DNA of 64,000 bases from Amoebidium appalachense (GCA_963693365.1 CAVNZM010000011.1:3143098-3207097), one strand, 5' to 3'; counted from the first letter of the stretch, positions 1-24,851 are shown. The notes: generated by a model from the letters alone, not told the origin. Numbers and translations: made by a program.

Positions 1-616
1 CATACATACACACACACACACTCACTCACAATAACACACACTCACACTCTCTCACAGCCACAAACACAGACACACATCGTAGCACATACACACACACACA
101 TACTACACACACACGCACTACACAGACACACACACACACACACAAACATACACACACACACACACACCAGGGCACCAGAGCACCAACCCACCCAACTAGT
201 TTCCCGCAACGTTGAAACATGTTCTTTTCCATCTAACCATTGTACCCGCTTATCATCCACACCCCATCCCTTCTACTTCTCATCTTGACGATAATAATAC
301 TTCGTATGCACCTCTGCTGGGTATATTAGGTGCCGTTCCACTTTCTGCACCTGGCATATGTACACAAAATGACTATCGACCCCTTGCACACCACCCCGAG
401 CCTTGGCCTTTGTCATACATGCATCTGGACTTGGTGCCAGACCTTCTCAAACACTTTTCCTCTCGTCTTTGCTGTGACATCTGTTCTATCATTGGATTCA
501 GTGGCCCTAACACATGGTGACCCCCCCGTCGCCCCCCCCCCCCCCCCCCCCCCCCCCCTCCCCACCCACCCACACACACGCGTGTACTCGATGCTCAACA
601 CGCACACGCGCGCGCG

Positions 617-647
<31 letters not shown>

Positions 648-1130
648 AGGGTCTGCTCAACGTGCTCACAAGGAAAGCCACTGCGTCACCGCGGGCAGAA
701 AGACGCACAAGGCAAAAGAGTCTTTACGGTCTTCGCATGTCTGGTATGTGCACGTGTCTGTGTGGGTTTGCGCACGTGTATGTGTATGTTTGCAGAGTTG
801 TGGTGGTGTGTGTGTGTTTGCATGTGCTTATGAGTATACATTTGTTCTATGGGCGTGGGCTTCTGGCAAATGAGTGAGTGAGTGTATGACTGGTAGTTGG
901 GTAATTTTGGGGGCAGCATTTGTTACCTTTGCTTCTTCTGTTTTTGAGGAACCATTTGGGGCTATTTCACTAACGTGCAACTCCACATACACCCACACAT
1001 GCAAAAACGCACACGTACAGACACACGTACACAAACACACACTCATGGACAAACATCTCTCAAACACATCTATGTACAAACACACCAAGAACACACACAC
1101 ACACACAACACACACACATACATACACATA

Positions 1131-1210
<80 letters not shown>

Positions 1211-2396
1211 GCAGTTCGCCACAAGAAGAGAGACGGCATATACGCCCCGCGAGGACACACAAAGGGCGATGTGGAGGCTGTTGAATGAGGTTCTCGTCAT
1301 AAGACTCAATTTTTACTAATGATACGATTTTTTAATCTCGTTTAATTTGGCTAGGTTGTGTCACTGCTTTGCAACGGATTGTTCGTTTTCTGTTTTCTCT
1401 TTGCACAACCGTGCCACCGGAACTAACTAACACCTTTTCCGTTCTCAATGTCATTAGGTCGAACGTAATTGTTTTGGATTTATGAGTACCGTACTTTTGA
1501 GGCCGGGGGCAGTTGGCAGCCCACCTCCAATTTAGCACTGTAGTAAGTTATGCCCTACGGCAGTTTTCCTCACATGAATTTAACATCACAAGTGCTAGAT
1601 ATACCTTACCAAGACACTATAGCTGGAAACTGTGTGTACTTAGGTTGAATGGTTGTAGTGGTATATGAGCAGTAACACACCACAAACACCCTCCAGCCAA
1701 TAGGTTTTATTAGTACAAATTTACATGAGTGGCCAAGGGCTGGTACCTTAGCCATGATGTTATGTGCTTTCCAAAGCTTGCCACACACGGTTGGGCATCG
1801 ACACGTACACGTGTACACACATGTACATAAGCACGTGCACACACAAAAAGGTTAAATGGTTCCGTGCGTTAATAGAGGAGGCAAGAGCCCCCGGGCACTG
1901 TGCCTAAAGCGGGGGGGGGGGGGGGGGGGGGGGGGGCGGCCAAGTTGCTTTCGAAGTGATTGCGGTTGTGTTGATCATATCCTCGCTGGTGCGCATGCGA
2001 GATTTCAGAACACTGAAAAGCAGCCAACATATATATACGTTGTACATGTCTACGGGGTATGCGAAGATGAAAACAGGGAGAGTTTTATCAGCAAGCATGT
2101 TCTGATTCGTTTGAATGTATCTACATGAGCCTTTAGCCTGAGTGTCGAGTGAAAGCATGATTGGGCAACCTTGTTGTCCACGGTCTGCCAAACCATAGAA
2201 CACATAGACGTGCATGCAGATGCAACAGCATACTGTAACTGAGATACAACAACCCATAACCAACTAGCTGCATGCTGCGAATCATTGAATTGTAGCTTGC
2301 CAGGCTCATGTTTGTGTTGGCCAACTTTTTCGAGGGGGCACCGCCACGCCGGCCGGCCAACGGCCGGCCCCCGCGCCGGCTCGTCACACAGCATCC

Positions 2397-2660
2397 GATG
2401 ACGTCATACCTTTCTGTTTCGCGCCATTTCCCTCGAACTGCCAATCAGACCGGAACCTCCCTCCCCAGCGAGAAAAACAGAGCTGGAAAAACAGAGCTCC
2501 GCTAAGGCGGTTGAAAGTTACGTGGTGCTATGTAGTTGCTTGCGAGGCTTAGAAGCTGGTTTCCCTTCTATTTTCGGTTTATTTTTTACCCTAACTAAGG
2601 CACTGCTTGCTTATTCCACAGCTAAGCAGTTTGCTGTTAACTAAATTGCTGGTTTCCGCT

Positions 2661-2697
<37 letters not shown>

Positions 2698-2747
2698 TTC
2701 ACTCTTCTTTCACCAAGGAGTCGACGATTCGCCACTAGGCCTATAAA
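2397..2747 (+). promoter_or_regulatory. Possible promoter of the unknown gene
   Basis: GC-rich stretch with the palindrome ATGACGTCAT (CRE-like, ~2398), CCAAT (~2441) and TATAAA (~2742) upstream of the ATG at 2797. Short motifs only. Confidence 0.25.
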
Positions 2748-2796
2748 GTGCCATCCTTCCTCCCACACCCCCCGCCCTTCCCTTTCCCACCTCAGC

Positions 2797-7584
<4,788 letters not shown>

Positions 7585-7648
7585 CACTGTTTTGGATAGC
7601 CTCTAAGCTGTGGACTGGGCATGACTCAGACAGCTATGCGAGACTGAA

Positions 7649-7709
7649 CAGTCAAGGGAAATTTTTTGAAGCACCACAACAGTCAAGGGAATTTTTTTGA
7701 AGCACCACC
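7649..7709. repeat. ~31-bp tandem duplication
   Basis: cagtcaagggaa(a/t)ttttttgaagcaccac occurs twice in tandem. Confidence 0.85.
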
Positions 7710-7839
7710 CGTGTGCTTTAACACCTATTTTTGAATGTACATCATACTGCGATGGGGGAAAAAGAAGAGGTGGGTGGCGTGACCCGCGGTGTGGGTGCGG
7801 GATTTGGCGGGTGGGTGGGTGGGGTGGGGTAGGGTGGGG

Positions 7840-7904
<65 letters not shown>

Positions 7905-8141
7905 GGGGGGGGGGGAGAGGGGGGGGGGGGGGATATGATGTCTGATAATGAGGGCAACCTATCGTAATAGAAATATATTTGGACCAATTTGTATGATTGC
8001 ATGATGCTCGACCAAAAAGATGTATTGCACGAGCTAATATTGATCATGTATGAGAACGTCTAATAAGAACTGTGTGCAGGGCATACCACCATGATATTAG
8101 CCACTATCACCCTGCTGGGGATTTTTTGGCGCCAAAATTTT

Positions 8142-8381
8142 CGTTTGTTTGCATGCCCAAACAACACACACACACACCATTTTAAAGTCATGTATCGCCA
8201 AATGTAGTTTGATAGACCACATAATACCGCAACACACACACGTCACATTCACAACAGACACCCAGAAAGATAGCCTACCTGAAAATTACAACATCCTTGA
8301 TTTTATACTAAACACGCGTAACTACGACCTGTTTATTAGATGTATTGATTGGCTTGAGAAACACATCATTACAGAATTCTA

Positions 8382-8449
<68 letters not shown>

Positions 8450-8700
8450 CCAGCTGATACCGAGTGTCCCAGGGGAGCCCGAAAAAAAAAAAAAAAAAAA
8501 AAAGAAAAAACAGGGAACCCCAACTAATTGATTTTTCTTAGTCTTTATGGTGTCTCGTAGAGAAAGTAAACCCTGATATATAATCATCACCCAACATCTA
8601 TGTACGTGATCATGATATACCGCTGAGGGGATATTCCGAGCAAAAACCCCCCATACCTGAGACTGGTCTCTCTTTGCCTCGAGTAAACAGCGTAAACCCC
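8142..8700 (+). mobile_element. 5'-truncated copy of the LINE at 52117-57073
   Basis: 8148-8700 closely matches 56472-57073 (end of ORF2, CA tract, poly-A, 3' segment). Flanked by the direct repeat ccaaaatttt at 8132-8141 and 8701-8710. Confidence 0.9.
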
Positions 8701-9163
8701 CCAAAATTTTATTATATCACATTCCTGCAAAAAGAAAAGTTTTCAATTTTTGTTTTCATCGCCGCTGGTGCCACTTTTGTGCTGAACCTTTTAATCGCAA
8801 GCATGTTGATAGGTGTGAGTTTTTATGTCGCGTTTTACCTCTTTCCCTACGGGTGTCTGCTACACTGGCTGGCAATGTGACCACTTTAGACTTTTTGTTG
8901 AATTCTGTTGGTCGTCACATTGAGTATTTATATGATTTTCACACAGTGTTCAGGTATCTCAGTATGCACTTGTTACTGGATAACTCGTGAAGTTTTTTTA
9001 TTGTCTTCTCAGTATGCCGTGCATACTTGCATATCTTTCCGTCGAATAAATCCAGTCAAAAGAAAAAAAAAGGAAAAAAAAAGTTTATCGGGCCCTTCCC
9101 TTCGTTCATTCTCACCCTTCCTGTACCTGTCACAACACACACAAAGAAGATCTTACAGTCAAA

Positions 9164-10305
9164 ATGGCGCCACCAAGAAGGAGAAAAGGCGAAGAGACAG
9201 CATCGACCACAGAGAATGGGAAACCAGGAAAGCCCAGCGCCAAGCAGGGCGGTGGGGTCCCTCTGCCCATATTCCTTCTGGTGGTTGCTCTGCTGCTAGG
9301 GGGGTGTGCCTATCTGCACTCGAACCCTCAGAACTGCCCCGAACTCCTGGAGACGTATGTTTTAAACCCACCAAAAGATAACTGTGTGATGTAATTGTTT
9401 TGCTGGGAATGAATCCATGTCTACAGCCCCCTCCCCCCCCCCCGCCCTCTCCCCCCCCCCCACCTCCCTCCCCTCCCCCCCCCCCCCCCCCCCCCCCCCC
9501 CTCCCCCACTCCTCCCCCCCCCCCCCCCCCCCCTCCCCCCCGCCCCCTTCTCCCCATAAAATTTTCGTCTTCAAGCCACCACCTAAACCCTCCAATACCT
9601 GTGGGCCTCCAATTATTACCGCTTCCAATCACCCTTCGTGGCATCTACCAACTGGCTCACAATCCTTCTGATTCCCTGGTTTCAACACCCCAGCGCCACT
9701 GGGTGTGTAAAATTTCACCTGGGTTCTTACTGTCTTTCACACATCGCAAGACAGCTTTGGTTCTAAAGATTTTTCACACATCCCAATATATCTTAGTGTG
9801 TGCTTAAGAGAAATGTAACGTGAAATCATGTTTGTTACATCTCACCCCTGGTAACATGAATCTTTCACAGCACCCCAGGAGCAGCCAAGACCGACCTCAA
9901 GAAGCTACCCTCGGTGTTTGCCTTTGTTGCCATCATATCAGCACCTGGCAATGCAGCAAGGAGACAGAACCTAAGAGAGACATGGGTTGCTGACCTGAAG
10001 GCAAACAAGCCACCCTACCGTTTCATCGTCGGCACGACCACTCAGTTTAACGAGTCATTGATGGCGGAGGAGAAGGAGCATGGGGATATCTACGTGAGTA
10101 AACCTTACCAGTCAGGAGAGAAAATTCAAACCTGTGTGATCCTGCAAATACACACACGCAGTTGCATGTTCAGGTGCCGGGGTGTATGCTACATATACAC
10201 AAACACATACACACAAACACACACACACACACACGCAGGCACACGCACACACGCGCACATACACACACACACACGTGCACACGCACACACACACACGAGC
10301 ACGGG

Positions 10306-10375
<70 letters not shown>

Positions 10376-10900
10376 GTGACACAAACACACAACACACACA
10401 CACAACACACACACACACACACGCACAACCAAAATCTGATTGATAAGCAGACGCTGCTCTGGCATACGTTAGATCTGAACATTTTTCACCAGAAACCATG
10501 TCTCCTATGTCTCCATCCCCCCCCCTCCACCCCCCCCCTCCCCCCTCCACCCCACCCCCACCCCTCCCTTCCCCCTTATACACACACAGATTCGCATTTA
10601 CTCTGTATTGGCTGCTTTGTGATCTTCGTCTCATAAACCTAATCTGTGCACCACATTACATTCTCCTCTTCTTCCCCCCCACCCCCACCCCCACCCCCCT
10701 CCCCAACCACACACGCGCACACACACATACACACACTCTCTATGTTAAACCCCCTGTCTCACCACCACCATCACTAAAACCAACAAACCACACCAAACCC
10801 CATTACCCCCCCCCCCCCCCCCTCCTGTGTGCTCTTCTCACCACACCTGCACTTCATTCTGCGTTGTGGAATTTAACACACTATGCTGTGTGTTGCATTC

Positions 10901-10947
<47 letters not shown>

Positions 10948-11068
10948 AAAAAAAAAAAAAACCAAAAAAAAAACCACCCCCTCTCCACAATGTCTTCTTC
11001 GCATCCATACCTGTTGTTCCCACTGACGACAAGTCAACCCCCCCCCCCCCCCCCCCACCACCACCACC

Positions 11069-11099
<31 letters not shown>

Positions 11100-11317
11100 A
11101 CACACACACACATACACACACACACACACCTACCCACCCACCCACCCACCACCAAAAAAAAAAACAAAAACAAAAAAACACACAGGTTGCCCCGATCGAA
11201 GACAAGTATGTGAATCTGCCGTACAAGGGGCTGTATGCACAGGCCTATTCTCTGCAGACCTACCGCTTCAAGTACTACATTAAGGTCGATGATGATTCGT
11301 TCGTGCACGTAGACAGG
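9164..11317 (+). CDS. GT31-family (beta-1,3-galactosyltransferase-like) type II membrane glycosyltransferase, 5' part only
   Basis: Exons 9164-9354, 9871-10093 and 11186-11317 join in frame: TM anchor [16 protein letters not shown], then [38 protein letters not shown] and [11 protein letters not shown] (DxD). C-terminal exons not found. Confidence 0.85.
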
Positions 11318-11449
11318 GTATTGCCCCCCCCCTTTGTGGATGCTTAAGAGTCCCCCATTGATGCCAGCCTTCCCCCCTTCCCTCCCCCCCCTCCCCCCTC
11401 TCCCCCCTTCCCCGCCGCCGCCGCCGCCCACCCCATCCCCCCTCCCCCC

Positions 11450-11481
<32 letters not shown>

Positions 11482-11613
11482 GCGGGGGGGGGGGGGGGGG
11501 GGGGAGGGGGGGGAGGGGGGGAGACCGAGAGAGAGAGAAGAAAAAGAAAGGGGGGGAGGGGAGGGGGAGGGGGGAGCTGATATTTTGTTTGGATGGGTAG
11601 TTTCCATGACGTT

Positions 11614-11661
<48 letters not shown>

Positions 11662-11824
11662 TGTGTGTGAGTGTGGGTGGGTGAGTGGGCGGGCGGGTGT
11701 GTGGGCGGGTGTGTGGGCGGGTGGGTGGGCGGGTGGGCGGGTGGGTGGGCGGGTGGGCGGGTGGGGCGGGTGGGGGGGGGGGGGGGGGGGGGGGGGGGGT
11801 GAGTGTGTGGGTGTGCGTGCGTGC

Positions 11825-11916
<92 letters not shown>

Positions 11917-12109
11917 TGGCCCGGTGGTGGTGGTGGTGGTGGTGGTGGTGGGGGGGGGGGGGGGGAGGCTGGGGAGGGGGGTGTCGAGGGGGTTTGTTGA
12001 AGTATGAAGGATTCCGGTTTTGGACTGTGTGGGTGGTATTGTGGTTTGGCAGTGCAATGGGCTGTGTATGGCAACGTCCGTTTGAGCCACGTCATTGAAT
12101 ACACGTGCT

Positions 12110-12590
12110 CTTGTGAAATGTCGTTACTCTTGTTTTGTGATTTACTCATGTTTTGTGATTTTTCCCAATCTATTACTCATGTTTTGTTGAATGTCATTAT
12201 CTGTTAATCTTGTTTTGTGATATGCCCCTATCTCTTTCTGTTTTATTGTGATATGCCGCTATCTCTTGATCATCTTTTGTGATGTGCCGCCATCTGTTAT
12301 TCTTGTTTTTTCATATGCCGGTTTCCATTACTCATTTGTGATATGCTTCTATCTGTTATTCTTGTTTTGTGATATGTCGCTATCTGTTATTCTTGTTTTG
12401 TGATATGCTGCTATCTGTTAATCATGTTTTGTGATATGCCACTATCTGTTACTCTTTTTTTTTGCGATATCGGCTACTGCGTGTTTTGTTGTGTGCCGCT
12501 ATGCAATACTCGTACTTAGTGACATGCCACTATCCACAACATGTTATGTAAGTTTGTCGCTACCCATTACCCATGTTCTGTGATATTCCG
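12110..12590. repeat. Degenerate ~31-bp minisatellite
   Basis: More than ten copies of the consensus tgtgatatgccgctatctgttattcttgttt. Confidence 0.9.
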
Positions 12591-12641
12591 CAATGCATGG
12601 CCCGTGCATGCCTTCCTCTAACGACATTTTCTATCTGCCAG

Positions 12642-12701
12642 CCACCACCACTGCAGGATGATGATGGCAATGCGGCAGATGACTTCTGGGACGTGGACTG
12701 A
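12642..12701 (+). CDS. Orphan terminal exon PPPLQDDDGNAADDFWDVD*
   Basis: Branch-like CTAAC at ~12618, pyrimidine tract, CAG acceptor, then 19 codons and TGA. The acidic-Trp tail resembles ArfGAP1/Gcs1 C-termini. Confidence 0.5.
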   Translation, partial: PPPLQDDDGNAADDFWDVD

Positions 12702-12768
12702 GGGTGTATGCAAATCAGGGATATCTCTGCTTGTCCGGTCATCCCCGAGTATGTTTTGATTTTTTTTC

Positions 12769-12799
<31 letters not shown>

Positions 12800-12894
12800 G
12801 GGAGGGAACGGGGGGAGGGGAGGGCAAGAATATCCGCAGCAGGTTTTTGTGATGCAAGCTTTTAGGCAGTTCTCTGACATGGGCCCGTAGGCGC

Positions 12895-13272
12895 GGTACC
12901 AGAAAATGGGTCTGAATTTTTGAGTTAACATTCACCCTAGAGTGATTTATGAAAGATAGTTGATAACGTGATGCCCTACGCCTGTGATATGCGGTTGTGA
13001 TGCATATGATGAGATATTTGCAGATATGTTTATGTATATCCACAAAAATGGTGAGTTGCATGTGAACTTTCGAAATTTGATCATATGTTACCGGTTACCT
13101 ACACGTAATTTTTTGTCGAAGCTATTGTAAAATAACGTTGAATATCGCTATTTGTCGAAGTAAAATGAGGGCTGTCTGTTGACTTTCACATGAGTTTTAG
13201 CTCAGTATATGGTAAAATTCGCGTAAAAGCGCACCGCTAGATATGCTATTTCCTGGTGTGTGTTCTGGTACC
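12895..13272. mobile_element. Possible MITE
   Basis: AT-rich non-coding block bounded by the 10-bp inverted repeat ggtaccagaa / ttctggtacc. No clear TSD. Confidence 0.3.
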
Positions 13273-13793
13273 TACTGAATCTCATTCAGATGAAGAGAGA
13301 ATACTATTTATTATGCTGCATGAACATGAAAACTGTTCGTGGTGACTACTAGCACGAACTATAAAATCGTGAATAGTTCTGCATAGATCATGGCGTATGT
13401 GTGTGCCTCCCTCCCCTCCTCCCTCTCCTCCCCCTCTCCCCCTCCCCCCCCCCCCCTGTTGTTTTGTGTCACCCCCCCCCCCCCCCCCCCCCCCCCACCC
13501 ATACACACACACACATACACTCACACACTCACACACAAACACACACACACACTCACAGTAACATACATACACTGCCACACTCACACACACACACACACAC
13601 ACCGACGAACGTACGTGCACATGCAAGCCCAACACTCACCATACCCTGCCTGTACTGCAAGACGTATGCACGATCCATAGTGATCAATAGTTGCACAAAG
13701 TTTCACGTCTTGCACGAAGAGATGGAGTCGTGATCATGAGGCTCCTGGCCCCTCCCCCCCCCCCTTCCTCCTCCCCGGGTCCCTCCGGATCCC

Positions 13794-13878
<85 letters not shown>

Positions 13879-14290
13879 CCATGAAATCTCGAAAGTGCCC
13901 GGGATCCCCCCCCTCCTTCGGCTCACAAACAGAATATTGCCAAATATGGCAATCGCGCCAAGCCTTTCCCCAAATCTGGAAGGCCAAATTTTGGCGCATC
14001 AACAGCAGTTGATGTGTTCAAAGATCTCAGTGCTCTCAGTCACGACGTTTACGAATGCATCAGCAGGTTTAGTTTCAACGTGTGTTCGTACGCGTGTGAC
14101 ACCCGTGTGCGGTATATGGCAACAGCATATCAGTTTAATTGCAACAACATTTCCCGACCAACTCATACCCATGTACATGCATGCATACGCATCACCCAAG
14201 GTCCATCTGTCTAATCCTAACTAGGTAAACCTCTCACTCACCTACACATTTTGCTGTTGTCGACTGCCTGGGCAACACTGTGAAGGCAGG

Positions 14291-19901
<5,611 letters not shown>

Positions 19902-21369
19902 ACTCGGCTTGGATATAATTATTAAGTACTTTTTGCACCTTCATTCGCGGTATATGGAACTTAGTCAAGGTGATACACATTCTGGAATATCACGGTGCCT
20001 GCAAACCGAATCACGGCTTGTTGACAAACATGATATAAGGTTGGGGAGGAGGTGCCTCCCGGGGGGGGAAGGGGGGGGGGGGGGGGTTTACATATATCAT
20101 TACATGTTCTGTTGCAACAGTTCAGGTGTGATGTATGATTGGATGCCTTGGACTGTATATTGTACACCACACAGGCACAGATGCGAGTGGAAATTGAAAG
20201 GATGGCTAATCGACATCTTCTGCATACATGCTTACTCTGCTCGCTAAATTATTTGGCAAGGCAGCTATAGCTAAACACGGGGGGATTTCTGTATTCTTAG
20301 GCCCTGCATGTGCACAAGGGTAGTCCAAGGCTGTATACTGTTTTGTGTATTAGTAGTGCCATGGTTTGCGTGTATCATTGTACGTAGTGAGGTGATCCGC
20401 ATGGAGATTTTTGATAAGGATATCGAGAAAGACAAGGCATGGACGTGAATGATATACAAAATATCTTGCAATAAGACATGATCCAAAATATTCCCCTTAT
20501 GTACCTGTATATGGCCATCCACTCCTTCCCTCCATCATGAGGTGATTGCCAGACGCGTATGTCTAGGTGTGTGCACGTGTTCGAACCCAACATTTCCCGT
20601 TAGTGTTAGTAATTGCCGGTTGGATCGATATCATGCATATGAAGGCCTTCTATGATACTACCCAGGGGACTCCTAAATATATATATATATATATAAGTAG
20701 GAATATAGGAGGCCTTGCAATTGATCGATATCCCCGGCCGGATTTGTGGCCCTGCCCAATTACCTGCAGCAGCTATTAATTATGATCCTGCCAATTCACG
20801 GACATTTTTTTTAATACTTATTTCAACATGCTTATATTTATTATCAGGGCCCAGCAGCCAGGCTGAGAACATGTCCATGTTGCAGCTCCCAGACTGCTCC
20901 GAGCCTACAACATCGATCGTTCCTACATGAAACGTTTGTATTACTCAGCTAAGACATGTATTCGAAGGTTAACAGTCCAAATACCAAGCTACTAATTTGG
21001 CTTTGGTTTCTACCTGAGCCGACCAAGTAAGAGACAACCAACGTTGATGGAAGCCACCCAAAACCTACTCACTGTAACAGAACTTGAAAAGTAACGAGAG
21101 AGAGGGGGGGTGTAGGGAGAAGAGTGAAGAGTGAGTGCTCATAAGAGACCATGGCTCCGTGTGTGTACCGTTAAGGCGACAGCAGAAAAAACGAAAAGGA
21201 GGAGTAACATTAAGGGAAACAAAACATTGACATACTTCAATGTAAAGACGGCAAAAACACAGTCAAAACTGTGCTACATTACTCTAGCTCTTGCCAGATC
21301 TTGCCAAAAAAACACGCCGGCACGTCATAGTCAATCAGTACAACAGACCGCACACATGCATCTGACAGT

Positions 21370-21675
21370 TCAGTCGAGGGTTTTTTTCAACAAAATAATG
21401 TCGACATTATCAGACATGCCCTGAAGAAGCAGTTCCCCTTGGAACGTCACAATCTTGCGCTTCTTGGCCGTCTGTTTGGCACAGGAGATTGTGTCAGTGA
21501 CAAGGTGTGTATAACTGCACCGACAAAGTTTATGAGTAGATGTGTGTGCGCTATATGTGGTTTAGGTTGCAAAAAAAGAATAAAGAGTTAGTGTCTAACT
21601 AGCTGTGTGGTTGGATGGGGTTTGTTGGTGACGGTGCGTAAGGGGCGGGGTGTGTGAGCTTGTGTGTGCGTGTGT

Positions 21676-21721
<46 letters not shown>

Positions 21722-21836
21722 GGGGGAGGGGGAGGGGGTGCGTGTGTGTGGGGGGGGGGGGGGGAGGGGGGAAGGGGGGGTGGGGGGGGGGGGGGGGGGG
21801 ATGGGATGACGGAGGGGATGCACACGTCTATCACGT

Positions 21837-21917
<81 letters not shown>

Positions 21918-22015
21918 CATGTGTGTGTGTATGTGTGTGTGTGTGTGTGTGTGTGGTGGTGGTGTTGGTGGTGGTTGTGGTGGTATGTGTGTGGGCAGGG
22001 GGAGGGGGGAGGGGT

Positions 22016-22050
<35 letters not shown>

Positions 22051-22240
22051 TGTATGTGTTAGAGGGTTGGAAAAATGGAGGAGACACCAAGAAAAAACTA
22101 CTAGGATAACGTCACAAAAATGAAAAACCCGAAATTAAACAATTTAAGCGTGCAGGCAGAAGACATTGAACAGAGTGCTAGCCCATCATCAGGGGGGTCC
22201 CTATGCCTCCACAAAAGCATAGGAGGGAGGGAGGAGGGAA

Positions 22241-22271
<31 letters not shown>

Positions 22272-22573
22272 ATGGGTGTATCCGTGTGTCTCCCTATGTT
22301 TGTGCACGCGTGTGTGGGAGGTGTGAATGTACATGCGGGTGCATGTGTGTGTGTTTTTGCAGGGTTACCGTGACAGATAAAAAAAAAAATACTAAGGCAT
22401 AAGTTTTACGATTTTGTGGCATTTACGCAAACAGTACTTGGTTGGCCCGGCACATCATGCCTGCTAAAAATGCTAGGCAACCACCACCACATTCTGTCAT
22501 CCAAAACGGAAATCTTATCCTCTACCCAATTACACAGCAGTTTTTGGATTGCTTTCGAATCGACAGGTGTATA

Positions 22574-22605
<32 letters not shown>

Positions 22606-22703
22606 CGGGACACAATTTTTTTTTAAATTGAAAACGTCATCCCCCCCCCCCCCCCCCCCCCCCCCCCGGCAAAAAAGAAAAAGAAAAAAAACGGCTGAAT
22701 GTT

Positions 22704-22757
<54 letters not shown>

Positions 22758-24116
22758 TCTCCTCCCCCCCCCCCCTCCCCCTCTCTCCCTCTCTAGCTTT
22801 CTTTCTATCTATCTCCCCCTCCCCCCCCCCCCCCCCCTAAACACACACACACACCTTAGCCCCCCTCCCTCTACCTCCCCCCCCCCCCCCCCCCAAACAC
22901 CCACCCATACCCCCCCCCCCCTCCCCCCCCCTAGCCCCCCTCACCTTCCCATGTTTGAGTATACCTCACGTGTCCTCACACGCACACTTTTCATTCCCCT
23001 ACATCCCTTGCTTTCTGGCCAAGATAAACAAAGAGACAAACATGAAGGCTTGAAAAACAAAAAAAAATAAGAAAGGAAACACAAAACCAGAATCTCGAAG
23101 CAAACGAAGAAAAAAAACGAAGTAAAAGAAGAAAGAAAAACCACAGCAAGAACAAGTAGTCTGTCTTCTGTTCCGTCCCTTCACCCACCTTTAGGGTGCC
23201 GGCAAGGGCTTCGAAGATGTTGGCGCAGCGGTCATCCTTAAACAAGGTCCCGAACTTAACCTGTAAACCCCATGTGTTAAATGTCAAAACTTTAGTGTGT
23301 TGACTGTTAGGTCAGGTGGGGGGAGAAAAGCGAACGGAAAGTAAAAGTGGTGTACGAGGTGACCCGTGCAAGGGCTTGGGCGAAGGAATGGGTAGATCGA
23401 CAACGGGGCACAAATTTGTGGCCGTGCTGCTTGGAAATCACCGTAGGTCTGCCTGCGGGCGATAACCCCAGGAGCGCTTGCAGTTAAAACTGCTAACGTG
23501 GTCAAGCGTGCAGAAAGCCTGTGCTGGCTGTTGTGTGCTATGTGTGGGCAAAGCAATTACATAAAAAAAACAAGCTGGCAGTGTTCTATGATAGAGGGGC
23601 AGACCGATGCCACACAGAATAAAAAATTTAGCATCATGGTACAATTCCATGCCAGGGGGAAAGGGCCCAGATCATAAACATGAAAAGGTGAATGAGGCGA
23701 GGAGAGCGTTGAGAGTTTGGGAATGGGGTGGGGATGGGTCGGTGGTTGGTGGAGGGGGTGAGTGGGCAGGTGGATGACGGTGGGGGGTGGAGGTGGGGTG
23801 GGTGGCTGGAGCAGGTGTAGCCGGGGAAACGGGGGGAGGGAGGGGGGGGGGGGGGGGGGGTCGGGGGAGGGGTGGCCGTAGGAAAAAACGAGAATAAAAG
23901 GAGAATGGAAAAGAGAGGGGAAAGCAGGCGGCAACACTGGAAATAAGCGACCACAAACGGGACCAAGATCTACAAAAAATAATACCGCTTCACGGACACA
24001 CGAAACAAAACTGAGCCCGAGAGTGCACGCACCTTGACCTCGTCACCGCTGCCCTCGTTCAGGCGCTGTAGCTCCTCAATGAGGTGCTGCAGGTCCTTCT
24101 CTACGTCGTAGCCCAT
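21370..24116 (-). CDS. ABRACL: Costars-family actin regulator (ABRACL), 85 aa, 3 exons
   Basis: Exons 24116-24033 (MGYDVEKDLQHLIEELQRLNEGSGDEVK), 23260-23189 (VKFGTLFKDDRCANIFEALAGTLK) and 21471-21370 (TAKKRKIVTFQGELLLQGMSDNVDIILLKKTLD*), all GT-AG and phase 0. Confidence 0.97.
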
Positions 24117-24851
24117 CTTGTATTGTGTGTGTTGGGAATATATTACACAGTGTAGGGGGGTAGGCTGTGTGTGTGCACACGTGCCACGGTGTGTGGATGT
24201 ACGTGTGGTGTTGAAGCCAAGATGTTCTGAATTTCGATCCCTGGCCCCGGCCCCCTGGTAACCGCAACTACTATATATGGGTCGTAAATCGTAGATTGGA
24301 TTGGTTGGATTGTAAAATTTGATGCGCTCTATGCCAATCCGATTCTCAGTACAAAGTACCGCTGCGCAGGTCCCGGGCCAGGCAGGCCCATAGGAAAAAA
24401 AAAAAAGCTGGAATATAAGGTCATAACAAAGTGCATTGGTCACAACTCAGTAGGCTATTGCAAGATGATCAGCAAATTCGCAACGCGTTTTCAGCACGTG
24501 CATGAGTTGTGCCATATGCACAATGCACGTGTGCATGCCATCTCCACACCACCCATGTACGGTATGTTTACAAGTGTACAAAAACCGACGGTCGTGAAAG
24601 GGTGATAAATTCAACCCTCTCTGGCTTTATTTCGTATCAATATTTTCTTTGGCTCAACATGGCCCATCATCACAGCTACAAGATATCCCACATGTAAATT
24701 ATGTACATCATCACACAGTGTCATGACCGATTTAAATTTCCAGCCGACATGCTTACATAGTGATACACATTTTGTCCCTTTTGAGAGTCAAAGCTCCTAC
24801 TAATCCTATATACATATATGATCTTAAAGCACAACGGGCATTTGTGTGTGT

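Noticed and set aside
200-980. Possible minus-strand exons near the window start
   Set aside because: No consistent frame or recognisable motif could be assembled.
12004-12110. Next GT31 exon ([11 protein letters not shown])
   Set aside because: No in-phase acceptor and no downstream GT31 motifs.
12110-12590. CRISPR-like or coding repeat
   Set aside because: Contiguous degenerate units without unique spacers or a sustained frame.
13770-13915. Ribozyme or MITE around a CA tract (ggatccc...gggatcc)
   Set aside because: Only a 7-bp inverted match; no hammerhead or HDV core.
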